DNA of 64,000 bases from Phoronis australis (taxonomy: Eukaryota > Animalia > Phoronida): contig NMRA01000749.1 in the NCBI GenBank assembly GCA_002633005.1, positions 104,434 to 168,433 of the forward strand, in the 5' to 3' direction. How positions within the stretch are numbered: position 1 is the first letter of the stretch; the number at the start of each line of letters is the position of its first letter. Position numbers and translations under genes: made by a program. This document shows positions 39,960-52,923 of the stretch, piece by piece. The notes below the pieces were generated by a model that saw nothing but the letters and a program-made list of their open reading frames with translations, was not told where the DNA came from and did no database searches.

Positions 39960-40800
39960 TACCAATTCCCACTCTTCATATCGTGAGTTATTTTAGAACT
40001 GTTAGCATTATGGGAGCACTCTGGGGCAGATCTCTTTATTAATATTATGAGAAATACTAAGGTTTCTGAACACTGTAATAAAACGTGTTTTTCATCCTCA
40101 ACATAGAACCAAACAGAGCAGAAACGCTGATCTCTAACTTTCACCAAGTGTCTGCCAATTTCGATTTTTAGTTTATGATTTGAACATATAAAACGTGCAA
40201 GAGCTGTGATTAAATATTTTTGCATATCCTTCTACATTGAGTCCATTTTTAAACAATTTATAAGAACCTAATTTACTAAGAGGTCATATTTCGCCCAGCC
40301 ATTGCTGTTTTTCTGTGTCTTTCCACCTTTTGTACTCATAACTTTTCCTTACCAACTGCTTGGCTGACCCAAACAATACCAAGCCCAGTCCTGGGAAGTA
40401 GGTTTTACGCGGAGGCCCCTGCTTTCACGATTTCTTTTTGCCAAGTCATGCTGGACCTTATAACATGACTAGGTATATCTACTATAGGAGACAATTTCAA
40501 CAACTTCAACCAATATTTAACAATCCTAGTAAACCTCCTTGACACTAGTGTAGATCTGCCTAACTCACCCCTGGCTGCTGAATTAGGGATACTTTGCCCA
40601 AGATCTAACTAGAACTTACAAAATCTATTTTGAAGAATCTTGACATTTTGGCAACTGTGAAAACCCCACACTTCCGAACCATACGCAACAATAGGACATA
40701 TTTTAGTATCAAACAATTGTAACCACACATTTACATGAACACTCACTGTATGGAGTTTATTAGGAAACTCCTGACAATTTAATGCATCGTAGGATTTTTT
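39960..40800 (-). mobile_element. Decayed non-LTR retrotransposon (CR1/L2/RTE-X-like) 3' portion
   Basis: ORF fragment LARFICSNHKLKIEIGRH..RFCSV..VEDEKHVLLQC is the typical LINE C-terminal zinc-knuckle region. Upstream frames are broken. Confidence 0.6.
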
Positions 40801-41111
40801 CCTACTAGGTACAGGAAACGGTTTTAATCTTTGTCTCCTGTACTACGACATTCTGTGTCACTCAGACAAGAGACACTAGTGGTTATCGTTTGCACAGGAT
40901 GCATATCTTGATCTATGGCTTTTCATTCTGCGTTTTTATATATTCTTAGCACTTTTCAGTTCAATACTTTAAAACGGCTATAAACCTGGAAAAACAAATT
41001 TTGAGTCAAACCGCTTACCGTTATAAAATTGGTCTCAAATTGTTCCACAGTCAAAACTGTTATCATTTATTGTGATTTCAGGGCTTGACAGTTCGTTACT
41101 GTTGGAGACCA

Positions 41112-41514
41112 GGGCCTGGTCTCCAATCTTTGTACTCGAAACGAACTCGAAACTATTTTTGGCAATTTCTCTGCTCCTTTTGTGCGAACTTAAGATAATT
41201 GGTTATCAGACTGTGATCGAATACATTATAGTTTATGCAAAGGAGTTTCTAGTTCAAGTTTGCCCTTGAAGACCCTTATATTCGTGCTACAAACTCGAGT
41301 AAAAACTCGAAATTTCGAGTTCAAACTCGAACTTATTGCTTTAATATTGGGTTTACAAACTGTGAACTAGGGGCAATAAATTATCTACGAAAGTTATTGT
41401 GTACTCGAGCATAGAATAATAGACACTTATCTTGAGTTCGCCCAAAAGTACAGTAGAAAATGCCAAACCTAATTTCGAGTTCCATTTCGAGTAAAAAGAT
41501 TGGAGACCGGGCCC
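41112..41514. mobile_element. Long-TIR MITE (Harbinger-like, possible CAG 3-bp TSD)
   Basis: GGGCCTGGTCTCCAATC ... GATTGGAGACCGGGCCC. The two halves are imperfect inverted copies over ~150 bp. Confidence 0.7.
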
Positions 41515-43173
41515 AGGCTCTACGATCGAGCTTGTCACGGCGTGTCATTTTATTCGCCGAGTATGGTCTTGAGCAGAAAAGCCGAAAGTCAGACCAAAAA
41601 TCACTTCTCATCTGATTAAGTCACCAGTTAACACCAATTTCATAGCAGTAAGTGTTCCAAGTTAAAAACTAGTTTCTTCGACGTAACGCGGATTCAAAGC
41701 CAATTTACACTCGATGTCTTGCTACTGTACGGTAACAGTTAATTCAATCCTCACTCCCATGATGTTCGTAGGCGTTCGTTCTTATTCATATAGGTTCATG
41801 CATCTAAATTCAGAAAAAGCAAAATTGCATCTGCGTGACATGGTAACTTGACATGTAGAATAAAAACAACAGTTGCACAACAAAGACGTGACGTCACATC
41901 AAGCAGACATCTACTCTTGGCTTTTAACACCTCCAAGCCGGATGTAGCGTTTACAGCCCAGGTATAACGGTAAGATCATAATAATTAACAATTTAGGAAA
42001 TTCTGGCTATTCTCACAATATGTTACGGAGTTGATTTAAAGGGTGACTAATGAATGCTCTGAATAGTAAACATGACAAATTACGTGACTTGACTTTCATA
42101 ACGAATGTGTAGCTGCACACTCGGCTTTTTCCTTTTCAGAAATCAATTTTACTTACGAAAGCGAAACCTATCACTAAAACGTGGCATTTCGTACTTGTAT
42201 GCATTTGCGATTTTTTACTTTCCTACTAAGATTTTTTAGTCAAATTCTGTGTCGGCAAAAATGTGATAGAATTATGTTCATTTTGTAAAACTGAATCATT
42301 TTGAAAGGCAAGCAGTCACTCGAGAGTACCAAACAGTTGGCGTTGATGTTCGTTTCTGAATAAGAGGTTTTGAGTTCAGCGGTAAGTGACGAGTGACACA
42401 CAGCTGAAGTTTTTAGCGGTGGTTCTGGAAAGATTTTTTCACGGTTGCTTCATGTCCGTATTCTTTACAACTCGTGTGTGTTCGTCACCTTTCCTTATTC
42501 AACTTCATAGCCACCAATGTGTAGATTGACCAGCTGCGTCCTTAATTGAAGCATATGTACACTGTGTGTGAAACTAGTTGATAAACTGGCAGATCGTTAT
42601 TCCTTTGAGACCATGTTAGAAATCACCCGTTCTACGCTCCACAGAACTTTTTCTTACAAAAAAATTAAATTTCATTTCAGCAACATACGAAGTCTTAAAG
42701 AGTTCCTGTAAACTGAGAGTTCTTTATTCCTTGAAAGCATGTTCAGGGCATAAAACGATACTCCGAGATCATCTGACTTGTAAAACTTGGAGTTGATCCT
42801 AACTATTTGGGCTTGCGCTCCACACAGCTATTTCCAAAACATGATTTTAATTTCTTTTCAGCAACGTACGAAGTCTTTAATAATATACCGGTAATCGTTA
42901 AGTAATCGAATAACGTGGATGTCTTATTGTTGAGCTGTGATATATGAACAATTAATTGGAAATGTTTATCAATACTCATGAAACGCGGCCCTGTGTAGAG
43001 TTCAGTTGCCAAAATCACGTGCTGTTATTGAAAATACCCGGTAATATCTCGCGTAATCTTGCTTTTCTAGCTAGGTATTAGCGTTACTGAACTTTACCAT
43101 GGTCTCAAGCAAAAACGAACGAGTTCTTTCCAATTCTTTAGCTCAATAAACACATTTATATTTCCAGTGGTCC

Positions 43174-45451
43174 ATGTCTTTGTCAACTTTTCTACCGAGG
43201 TCGGTATCTGTCAGCCTTGTCAATCGAGCTAAGCAGGTGGTGAAAACTGGCAAAGAGTTACGAGATCTGAAATCAACATTCACACACCCGGTCAGAAGAT
43301 GTACAACTTCATACAGGACATTTCCGCCAGGCCGAACGTTAAACACAAATTTCAACGAAGAGGAACTACGCGCAGCATGCCAACGCCATATTGATCTATT
43401 CTACAACTGGTTCAAAAGAGGCGTACATCATCGACCCAAGAGATCGCTTTGGAACATTCCACTTGGTCTCGGTGGATTTATAGCCGGCTTCTTCACGGGA
43501 CTTTACTTCGATGAAGAAAGATGGCAGCAGTTCATTTCTCGATGGGTGAGTTATAAAGGAATTAGAAGCTTTTAGTGCACTTGTGCTGAATCTGTGAGAT
43601 TTTATGAAAACTTTTGTGATTTCAGAGTTGCTGACCTTGGGTCCTCTTATGTCAACTTTCAGTGTGATATAAGCCAAATGCCTTCAGTCAAGAACATTGT
43701 TTGATTTAAATCACTTACGATTATAAAACTGCTTTTAAACCGTTCCTTTAATCAGATGAGAAATATTTTTTTTAAAACATGAATGCTTAGAAAGAATTAA
43801 CGGGTCCGCTAACGATTGCGACCATGGCACAGAAAATAACTCGCTATGTTAAGACTCGCTGTTTCAAGCCAAATTATTGAAGCTGTTCAGTTCTTCACTG
43901 ACCCAGAAAACACTTCTGGTCTGGATAAAAATGATACCAGTGTTGCAACGAAAAACGGCCTATTTCATAGAATGTAAGGTTAAAACTCATTGATGTATCA
44001 TGGAATTAAATTACGGAACGAATTGCCAGGTAGCCTCAAGACATGCATCACTGTCGGTGACCACAGAAAACAAGCTCATATCTTTTTTGTTTGCATATTC
44101 TTGCGACTGCACTTCTTACGACTATTGTAGATCATTACCTTGGAAATTCCAACTAATAATTACCAGTGTTTTTGTGCAGTCTTGTAGTTACATTATTTTT
44201 TATTATGTATTTCCCAAATTATTTTGTGATACCTGTAGTTGGGTTGTATTACTTGCCAGCCATAATAAACACTATATATATATTTCTTTTTTCTCATGAT
44301 TCTTCCGTCTGAAATTTTGCTCATAGTTCATATGTTGTGTACTTTTAGCTTCTTCGCTCTGCAATTGTCAATTAACAACTTCCTGCAACTGTTCCTTTGT
44401 TACTACCCCCATTGATTTCAAATAAACTTTTGCTTACTTACTTACTTACTTAGGTGATCAAAACCTGTTGTCCGGACTTAAAAATGTGATGGGCTCACCC
44501 CAAAAAACTAGTTAGCTGGACCAAAAACACGATGGCCGCTGCTATAACCAGTTGGCTGTTGATTTGTTCGACCATTGTGTCTGAACAGCGGCCAACCCGT
44601 TCTAGGTCCGGCCAAGTATTTTTTGGGTGAGGCTATCTGGTTGTGAAGTACTGGACATCCGCGTTTTGAGGTCGGTCCACTATGTCAGAACACGGGCCAC
44701 TGGGTTTTGCAGTCCAGCCAGCTGGGCAAGTGGTTTTGATGTCCGACCAATTGTTGATTCCCCCTTGCACGTACTTTGTACCTACGATCGCATAAATCCT
44801 ACTGCTCAACATCGACAAGCAACACTCGTGCTGGCAGTAGTCACTTTTCAAAACAAAAATAAAATCTTCATGAAGCGACATTTTGTAAAATCCTTAAAGT
44901 ATCGGTGCATGTTTTGGAGTGTAGTCTTTTTGCAACTGCGAATTGGGGTTCCTAGCAACGCATAATAAAACCATGGGCGGATAAATTTCATTGATTGCTT
45001 CGAAGAAAAAATTCACCCCCACTAACTTGATTTATTCCAAGTAGAAATTTTCGCTGCGTAGGCCATTAAGGACTGTTCATGCTGGTCTCTTTTGCATGCT
45101 TTGTTCCAAATCCAGATAATTCATCTCAATGAATGCAAAACAGTAAGAGCTATTAGTTGGGCTCAATCAATTTTTCGAAAAATCCACAAAAAGACACGCA
45201 CGAACGGGCCTTTAGTGAGAAGTTATGCGCGCATTTTATTTCAGAACGAGGAACTTCTGCACACTGATTCTGACGAAGCCATAGAAATACCTTTCCTACT
45301 GAGTCTATTCAAAAGGACTAAAGAAGACGAAAATCTTGAGAAACCACCTGAAACCAGTAGCGGTAGCTCAGCCCTTCTCATAGGACTTGGGCTGGCGGCA
45401 ATATTGGGCCTTGGAATAGGGGGCTTCGTTCTCTATGGCAAAACCAATTAG
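43174..45451 (+). CDS. Uncharacterised small membrane protein, isoform with tail exon A (~192 aa)
   Basis: Exon 43174-43545 (phase-0 GTGAG donor; basic S/T/R-rich N-terminus, hydrophobic LWNIPLGLGGFIAGFFTGLYF) joined to exon 45245-45451 (TTTCAG acceptor, phase 0; ends ALLIGLGLAAILGLGIGGFVLYGKTN*). Confidence 0.6.
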
Positions 45452-46187
45452 CTGTAACGAAGTCGCTGATAAAGACAATGTATGAAAACTACTGCAAGAC
45501 AGTGGAAACCAATAGGAGTTTTGTTGGGAGGACTGCAATGGCTACTTTTAAGCGGGTGCCGTTGGCCCGGATTCATTGAACAAAGTGCACAGCGCATGCG
45601 ACGTGCTCCATAACTAATGTTTTCCTCTTTGTACACTGCCAGAACGAGTGATTTCTTTGCTTGGGTTGCGTGGAATATATTATAACACCGCTCGTCGTGT
45701 AACTTCAATTTATTAAGTTTGAAACATCAGAGACACTAACCTTCGTAAATTCACAAACCTAAGCTTTTCGTAGGAGTTTTTGAATTTTCAACCCATTGTG
45801 CCCGGAACTGTGCAAGAGAGATTCATTATGGTAAAAAAATGAGTACATTATTTGTAACATTTTTGTTTAATTAAAAATAGATAAGTGGAAAACCCTTGTA
45901 TATTTCGAGAGGGAACTTTTAGTAGCGTTCCGAACTCCCAAACTAAACTATTTTGTCATAAAAGTGACCTTTCATAGAGAAAGAGGTCGTATAAAAGTCA
46001 ACCTTCTGAGCGACATTTCCCGTATACCTTTTTCGTAAGAGTACCTCCGGGATTTCTTCTCCGCTTTTTCACAGTGATTAAAGGATTTTTATTTAAAACA
46101 ATCACTTCGATTAATTCGCTCGACTTTGTAGAAGTTAATTTGTAAATAACAAGTATATTGTCGCTGAAGTTGAAAGGTTAATTCCAG

Positions 46188-46412
46188 TACTTAGGGATCA
46201 CCGAATCAACTTTGCCACCAGAAGAAACAGAAGATCTGTTACCTTTGTCGCTCGAGCTTATCTCCAAGAACAACAACGAAGAAGGAGACGAAGAGGTGAT
46301 AATGGACCAGCCACCAAGTGCAGGCCACACCAAGCTTCTCATCGGAGTGGGAGTGGCGGCTCTCCTCGGCCTTGGCATTGGAGGTTACGCAGTATTCGGT
46401 GGGAAGAGCTGA
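46188..46412 (+). CDS. Alternative paralogous terminal exon B of the same gene (isoform ~198 aa)
   Basis: TTCCAG acceptor, phase 0, open to TGA. Ends KLLIGVGVAALLGLGIGGYAVFGGKS*, clearly homologous to exon A. AATAAA near 46572. Confidence 0.6.
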   Translation, partial: YLGITESTLPPEETEDLLPLSLELISKNNNEEGDEEVIMDQPPSAGHTKLLIGVGVAALLGLGIGGYAVFGGKS

Positions 46413-47044
46413 TTTGATAGTGAAGGACGTTCTTGCGCCAAGTAAATCCTGTCGGAACCTGTGACATTATATCTTGGGAGAAAAGACAAGGCAGAATAAT
46501 GGAGACAGTTGAAATCAGTTGCTTTTTGTTTGTTGTGCTGGCCAGAAAGCGAAACTATGAATATATTAATTAATAAATTAACAATCATACGTTTGTCGCT
46601 TGCTCACAACCCCAAACTATTGATTTCAACGACGTTTTATGTTGTAGAGCTTTGAATTCTGATGTCTAACACAAGGTTCTGAAAACGTTAACCACACCCT
46701 TTTTTGAAATTTTCCCGAGCTTTATGAAGAAAAAATAAACAACTTCCCGAAACGGTCGCTATTTCTTGCGCGCTCATTATATTTCGAACAACGTTGTAAT
46801 GTACATGTATAAAGTTTCCGTATGTATACAAAGTAACGTACACGATAACCTCACAATTGACAAAGTTCGTATTTAACGAACCCGTTTTCTTGTGACCAAA
46901 GAATTAGATGGGCAATCAACCAGGCTAAAGAATAAAATATTATCCGCCATAGGACGTGTATGTTCAGTTCGTTTGGTTAGTGTAAGCGTTGTCGCATTTA
47001 ACAGACATGGTGATAGGTTTGTGCGCTATCACGAAAACTGCCTC

Positions 47045-47192
47045 CCGTTCAGTAACGCTAGGACCTAGCTTAAAAGCAAGACTTTGCGAGATTACGCGAG
47101 ATATTGCCGTGTATTTTAAATAAGAGCAAGTGACCTTGACTAGCTTTTGGCTAGGTCCTAGCGTAGGTCCTAGCGTCTACTGAACGCACGCC
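47045..47192. mobile_element. Small MITE (related inverted copy at ~43000-43092)
   Basis: CGTTCAGTAACGCTAGGACCTAGC ... GCTAGGTCCTAGCGT..TACTGAACG inverted ends, with a shared core GATTACGCGAGATATT. Confidence 0.55.
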
Positions 47193-47813
47193 TGGTTTAG
47201 CCTGGGCGTCACGTGATCAGTTACCCCGAAAACAGACTGGATTAAATGGTAGAATTTTTTAGTCTTGTGCTTGCCAAGCAATCAATTTCTGAACTACTGA
47301 GAAACTTTTGCAAAAGCTTGGTTTGCATTGAAGAAAAGAAACCGAAAAACATTGGCAATCCTTCTAGAATCATTAGACACTACCGTGAAGGTGACGTGAC
47401 CAGACTTGCTCTGGAGAATCATAGATCCTTTTGGGTACAAAGTTAAGTGAGATGACCAGACAAGTGAAGCAGTGATGGTNTTTGGCTAGGTCCTAGCGTA
47501 GGTCCTAGCGTCTACTGAACGCACGCCTGGTTTAGCCTGGGCGTCACGTGATCAGTTACCCGAAAACAGACTGGATTAAATGGTAGAATTTTTTAGTCTT
47601 GTGCTTGCCAAGCAATCAATTTCTGAACTACTGAGAAACTTTTGCAAAAGCTTGGTTTGCATTGAAGAAAAGAAACCGAAAAACATTGGCAATCCTTCTA
47701 GAATCATTAGACACTACCGTGAAGGTGACGTGACCAGACTTGCTCTGGAGAATCATAGATCCTTTTGGGTACAAAGTTAAGTGAGATGACCAGACAAGTG
47801 AAGCAGTGATGGT
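47146..47813. repeat. ~335-bp direct duplication across a single N (assembly overlap)
   Basis: Identical ORFs 47246-47446 and 47580-47780. N at 47480. Confidence 0.85.
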
Positions 47814-49929
47814 TTTGGATGGTAATTGTGGACAGTAACCTGGTTCAGATACCAAGCATTATCGACAGAGGAATGTGGCCTTCTCGGCTATGGGCGTAGG
47901 CCTGGGCGTTTGTCGCTTTTTACCCTCATTTAAGGGATTGTATACACAGTGTGCGGACGCAACTTCTTCTGTGAACATTTGTTCTGATGAATCACTGTAC
48001 CCTTCCATATCGGAACAGAAGCGAAAGTGACATGACCAGACTTGGTCTGGGGAATCACTGTTCCTTTTGGGTAGAAGGTTAAGTGAAATGACCAGACAAG
48101 AGGAAGCAGTAACTCGGTTCAAATACAGATACGTAGCAGATGAATGAGGCCTAGTTGGCTACGGACTTCTGCAACGTCTCTCAGGAAGAGTCTAATGACT
48201 ATATTTACATAAGTGGGTTCTCATGAGTAGTTTAAATCAGGATTATACCAGTAATATTTTTGCAGTAGATTTTATTCGTATGTATCGCAAATAGATTTGT
48301 ACAAGAAGTGTTGGCGTTCTCAGTTCTCGTTATCATGAGCGCTGATCTCTTTTGTGTAGACGAGGGCAATTAAATACACTGGCTGAAATAAATTGAAAAT
48401 ATCGTACATTGAAACAAATAATTTTCAATGGTTTGATTTCTGAAATTGAATTCATCGTGAAAATTGAAAATCATTTTTCCTTGTAGTTTCAAAATAAACC
48501 AGATAGACTTCGCCAGACTTTGCCTATTTGGACGAGGTTCTTTCCAGAATTATTTAGCAGTTTAGTCAAACCTTTTACAAACAAAATGTAATTTCTGTCG
48601 AGTTCAATATGACTCTTAGCTGCTGATTGTTGCAACGCGCGTTGTCGCCATTTTAACAAACTGCGCGGAGCACCACCTGTTGAAATATTGTTGACATATT
48701 CCCTGAATGTAAATGTGTTCTGGGTGAAAAGAAATGGTAATTTTACTAGCAATTTGCACGCGACATTTTCTTTTGATTTTTTTCCAGTTTATTTTGAAAA
48801 CTAGTGTACCATAAAAATTAGCTAAAAATGATGTAACTGGATCTGGCTTGTTGACCAGTACAAATCTCGAGGTTAATAGTGAACATTTCATTTCCTGGTT
48901 CATGAATTTCTAACACAAATTAAGCCCAGTAACCTTTCTAAACGTACACTCAACCAGTTCGCCCGTTATTTGGAATTCATTCTGAGGTGCTTGCCAGGGG
49001 CGGAACCAGGATTTTGAGCTGGGGGGGGGGGCTGGACACAGGAATAACCAGAATTTCGACACAAGCGAGCGCCCAGCCTAAAATGTAGGGAGGGATGCAG
49101 CCTGAGGGGTCTCGAAGTTTTGGTTTGTGGACCTTATTACTAAAAAGAAAAAAGGAAAACGGTAAACAGGGTTGTTCAAGGCTTATGCATTGTGCATTTG
49201 CCCCCCGAGCCCCCCCCCCTCTGGGTGCGCGCATATGCTAGTCAGCAGTTCGCACCCCGAACTGCCAAATGGTATTTGGGCGAATTTTAGAGGGGCCCAT
49301 GGCACCCTTGGCCCCCCCAAATCCGCCACTGCTCGCCACAAACGGGAAGTACGTTTGACGTTATAAGCAATGTATCGTTAACAGTGATCGAAGGCGCCGG
49401 TATTGTGGCTGGTAACTTTTCCAAATTTCTCCAGACGTATTTCTCAGCACATGGAAACAAAAAACTCGACTAGTAACGAATGGACGCATATAACTTTTTC
49501 ACAAGTTCATTTGTTCAATTTGTCGCACATGTGGTTTGCATAGTACTCGCTTATCTACAGAAGAGGCTAGAAAGCACGGATGCGCAAATGTAATTTTTAC
49601 AAATTTCAAAACCAGTTTAGTATGCGAAGAATACTTGTGTTGCAATTTGATGTTAAAGCAAATATTTGACATTGTCAATATTAAATTTCAACGCCCGATT
49701 TGAAAGAAACACTGTAGGGGCGGATCCAGAATTTTGAGTTGGGGGGGNNGGCAGGGCTGAGTATTAGCCAGGATTTTGCCCGTCAAACATTTGCACCCCA
49801 GAACTGCCAAATGGAATCTGGGAGAATTTTAGGGTGGGGGCATGGCCCACCTCTAAATGCAATGTATCAACACACTCACACACACGCGCGCACACACGCA
49901 CCCACACACGCACACACAAATTAAATATC

Positions 49930-50780
49930 ATGACAGGTGTGCCCAAGGATCTGTTCGTGGTCCCTACCTTTTTCTTATTTGTATAAACAAATCCAGTTCT
50001 CTTGTGACCCTTATGTAAGCTGATGACACCTGTCTTATACACACCTTCGTCTAAAAATCAACAAACAACAAAATTGAAATCAATAATAAGTTTCCGAACA
50101 TTCAGACGTTAATCAATCAACAACATGGTAGGCCTATTTCGTGAAAAATAAGACCTGAGCTAACTATAAACAGTCCCAACCTAACTTTTGTTAAAACATT
50201 TAAGGTTTTAGGAATAACTTTTGCCTTATCAATATCAGATTATATTTATCTGGTGGGAACAGAACATTCCCAAACCTTTGACGTACTAAATAAACCCAAT
50301 AAATATCAGCCTTTCAGTATTCGAATTTACCACGGTTTACTGCTCCACAATCACTTAACTTTTGGCATCACAATATGGGGATTTAAAAAAAGTCAGCAAG
50401 TAAAAAATCCTTCAGAAACGAGCCATAAGAATAATCATCAACTCACACTACTATGCCCATACAAATACAAAATGCAAATTATCGAAATATCTGCTTGAAG
50501 ACACTCCTCATATATCCGGTTTTAATTTTTTACAATTTCTTACACAACCAACTTCCACATTATTTAAAAAAAATCATTTGCTACAACAACCGAAACAGAC
50601 CAAGTAGAAATTCTCGTTCGCCAGATCGCTTACTAAACTTTTTGTTACTTATCGCATCTACAATCTTACATTCAATACTTCCGTTTTACATATCAATAAC
50701 GGCAACTCACTGTTTACGTTTTCACAAACCTAAAATCATCACTGAAAATAAACTACGCCCTCTTCAGTTCTAGTTTTAAA
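49930..50780 (+). mobile_element. Decayed CR1-group LINE RT fragment
   Basis: Degenerate GVPQGS (ggtgtgcccaaggatct) and ADDT (gctgatgacacc) motifs and a YHGLLLHNHLTFGITIWG segment, with many frameshifts. Confidence 0.6.
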
Positions 50781-51894
50781 ACACCCGCTCCCTTGCAGGA
50801 TTTTCAATAACTACAGGAACAAAATTTTAGATACAAACGTTGCATTATTACACAGAAACTACTAATTTTCGCGCATATATAGGCACCACACGGACACACA
50901 CGCACACATATTTACAAGTTAATGTACTTCCACGGAAACAATCACGCTGTAATCTGTGGAGTGGAGATATTTTGCATCCCTTTATTTACTTATCTTTACT
51001 ATGGTCCCAGGTTTATATATTCATACACTGAAGTACAATTATGCCATTGATTTCATGTAAGTCTCCCAATCATATGTCAAGTATATGAATCGTAAATAAT
51101 TATAACGGTCTTATATTTTCGGTAGCTTACTTGTATTATATTGTATTCTACTGTGTACGGTGGCCCTCAATAAAGAGGCTTTTACCATAAATGAGCTCAG
51201 TCTTATTTAAGTGTGTATGCATATAATGTAATGTATTTATATTCTATGGTGTATTCCCCTAATTGTTTTAGAAGTTAAACATGTTATCTCTTTCATCGGG
51301 ACAGAAGCACCGTAATATGGGTTAGACGTGAACAACAATCGTTTGCAAACTTTATGGACGAAATAAAACGTCTAGCAACAAAAATACGACATTTATAAGA
51401 GACATGCACACTAACCTGGCGTGTCGTATGCCTTGATACTCCCGGCACACAATAAATTTGTTAATACGAGTTTGCCATAACCGTGATCGGTGATATACGT
51501 GCAGCACAACCCTTACCTCATAAGTCGCCCGCAAGGAGTGAATAAACACTATTGTCAAGGGAACACCTCCACTCTGGCTCTCAGGCCCAGTCGGGCACCA
51601 CTTGCGCCCTCAGTAGACCCACAATTTCACAGCGCTCAAAATTACCTGCACCTCCGTCGTCATCATGTATATCATATAATATTGTCTTGACTTTTGTTAC
51701 TGGTGAGACCACATTACTAAAACGCCTTTTGACAACAGGAAGTCTAGCCAGATGGGATTGGGGTCGCCAATAAAGACTTTCTAATTACATTTCAACATGT
51801 CACACAGGACATCAACTGCTAGATACATGAGCAGTGAACATAGATTGTATTGCATCCCTTGTACACCCAAACTATTCTTACAAGGAGTTTCATC

Positions 51895-52137
51895 CGGGGC
51901 TTGGAATGACCAATGACAAAAAAGGAAAAATGTGATGTATTGTTCTACAAATAAATAGGCTTATGTGATAGAAATATTTTTGTGTTGTAAAATTTAACTG
52001 CAAGAAACGTTTTTTTTTGTATGAATAAAGCCAAAATAACGATAAAGAGATGAAAAAGAAGAAACTGGAAATAAAATAATAGGAAATTGAAACCAAAATG
52101 AGGAAATCTTCTTAAAAGAGGAAAATTCCAAGCCCTG
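51895..52137. mobile_element. Short MITE sharing family A termini
   Basis: CGGGGCTTGGAATGACCAATGAC...GGAAAATTCCAAGCCCTG. Flanks TTCATC / TTCGTC (6-bp TSD with one mismatch). Confidence 0.7.
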
Positions 52138-52923
52138 TTCGTCTTTCTCGCTAGCGTACATTCATGTATTCTAGCAAATGAGCCAACCTCCGGAGTAATC
52201 GGCGCCTGTCTCCAAAATATTATTGCTCATTTTTATTGTATTTTTTCTGTTTTTATTGCCAGGAATAATACATACATACATACAAATACATGTGAAGGAA
52301 AACAGGGGCATTTGAAGAACAGGCGTCAAATTTAAAAGAAACGAAACCGACACAGATGACCATCTGTTGAACTTTGAATATTCCCAGCTTCCGAAATAGA
52401 CATTTTCTATTTGAAAATATCGTAACCTCTCTTTCCTAAAAAGTTCAATGGAGTAACATTTCCTTTTTTGCTGCTAAATGTGATATTTTCCCAAATGAAA
52501 CAAATGAGTAACGTGTAATTTACCAAAGAAAACATCTCTCCAGAGATCTAGTAAATTTGGCTATTCGGAAAAAGCCATACACACAGCAGATCAGAACGTT
52601 TTTGAGGCAATGGAATCCCAACTTACCCACCTGTGTTCCAAACAAACCCACCAGATTTTTAACGAAACAAGATGTGTCTCTTAAAGGGAACACCCTGATA
52701 GTTACATTTTAATCAATGAAGTCCGCCATAACCAAATTTGGTATATGCAAAACTAATACTTTTTGTGTAAAAAATTTAGCCAATTTTGGCAGCTGGGATA
52801 GAAATGCACCCCTTGCATTCTTAAACAAGAGAAATCTTTTCAAGCAACATATTTAATGCGAAATACTGTAAAGTCCATATAATAGCACCAAAAAATTCCA
52901 CAAAACCACCAACGGTGAATACA

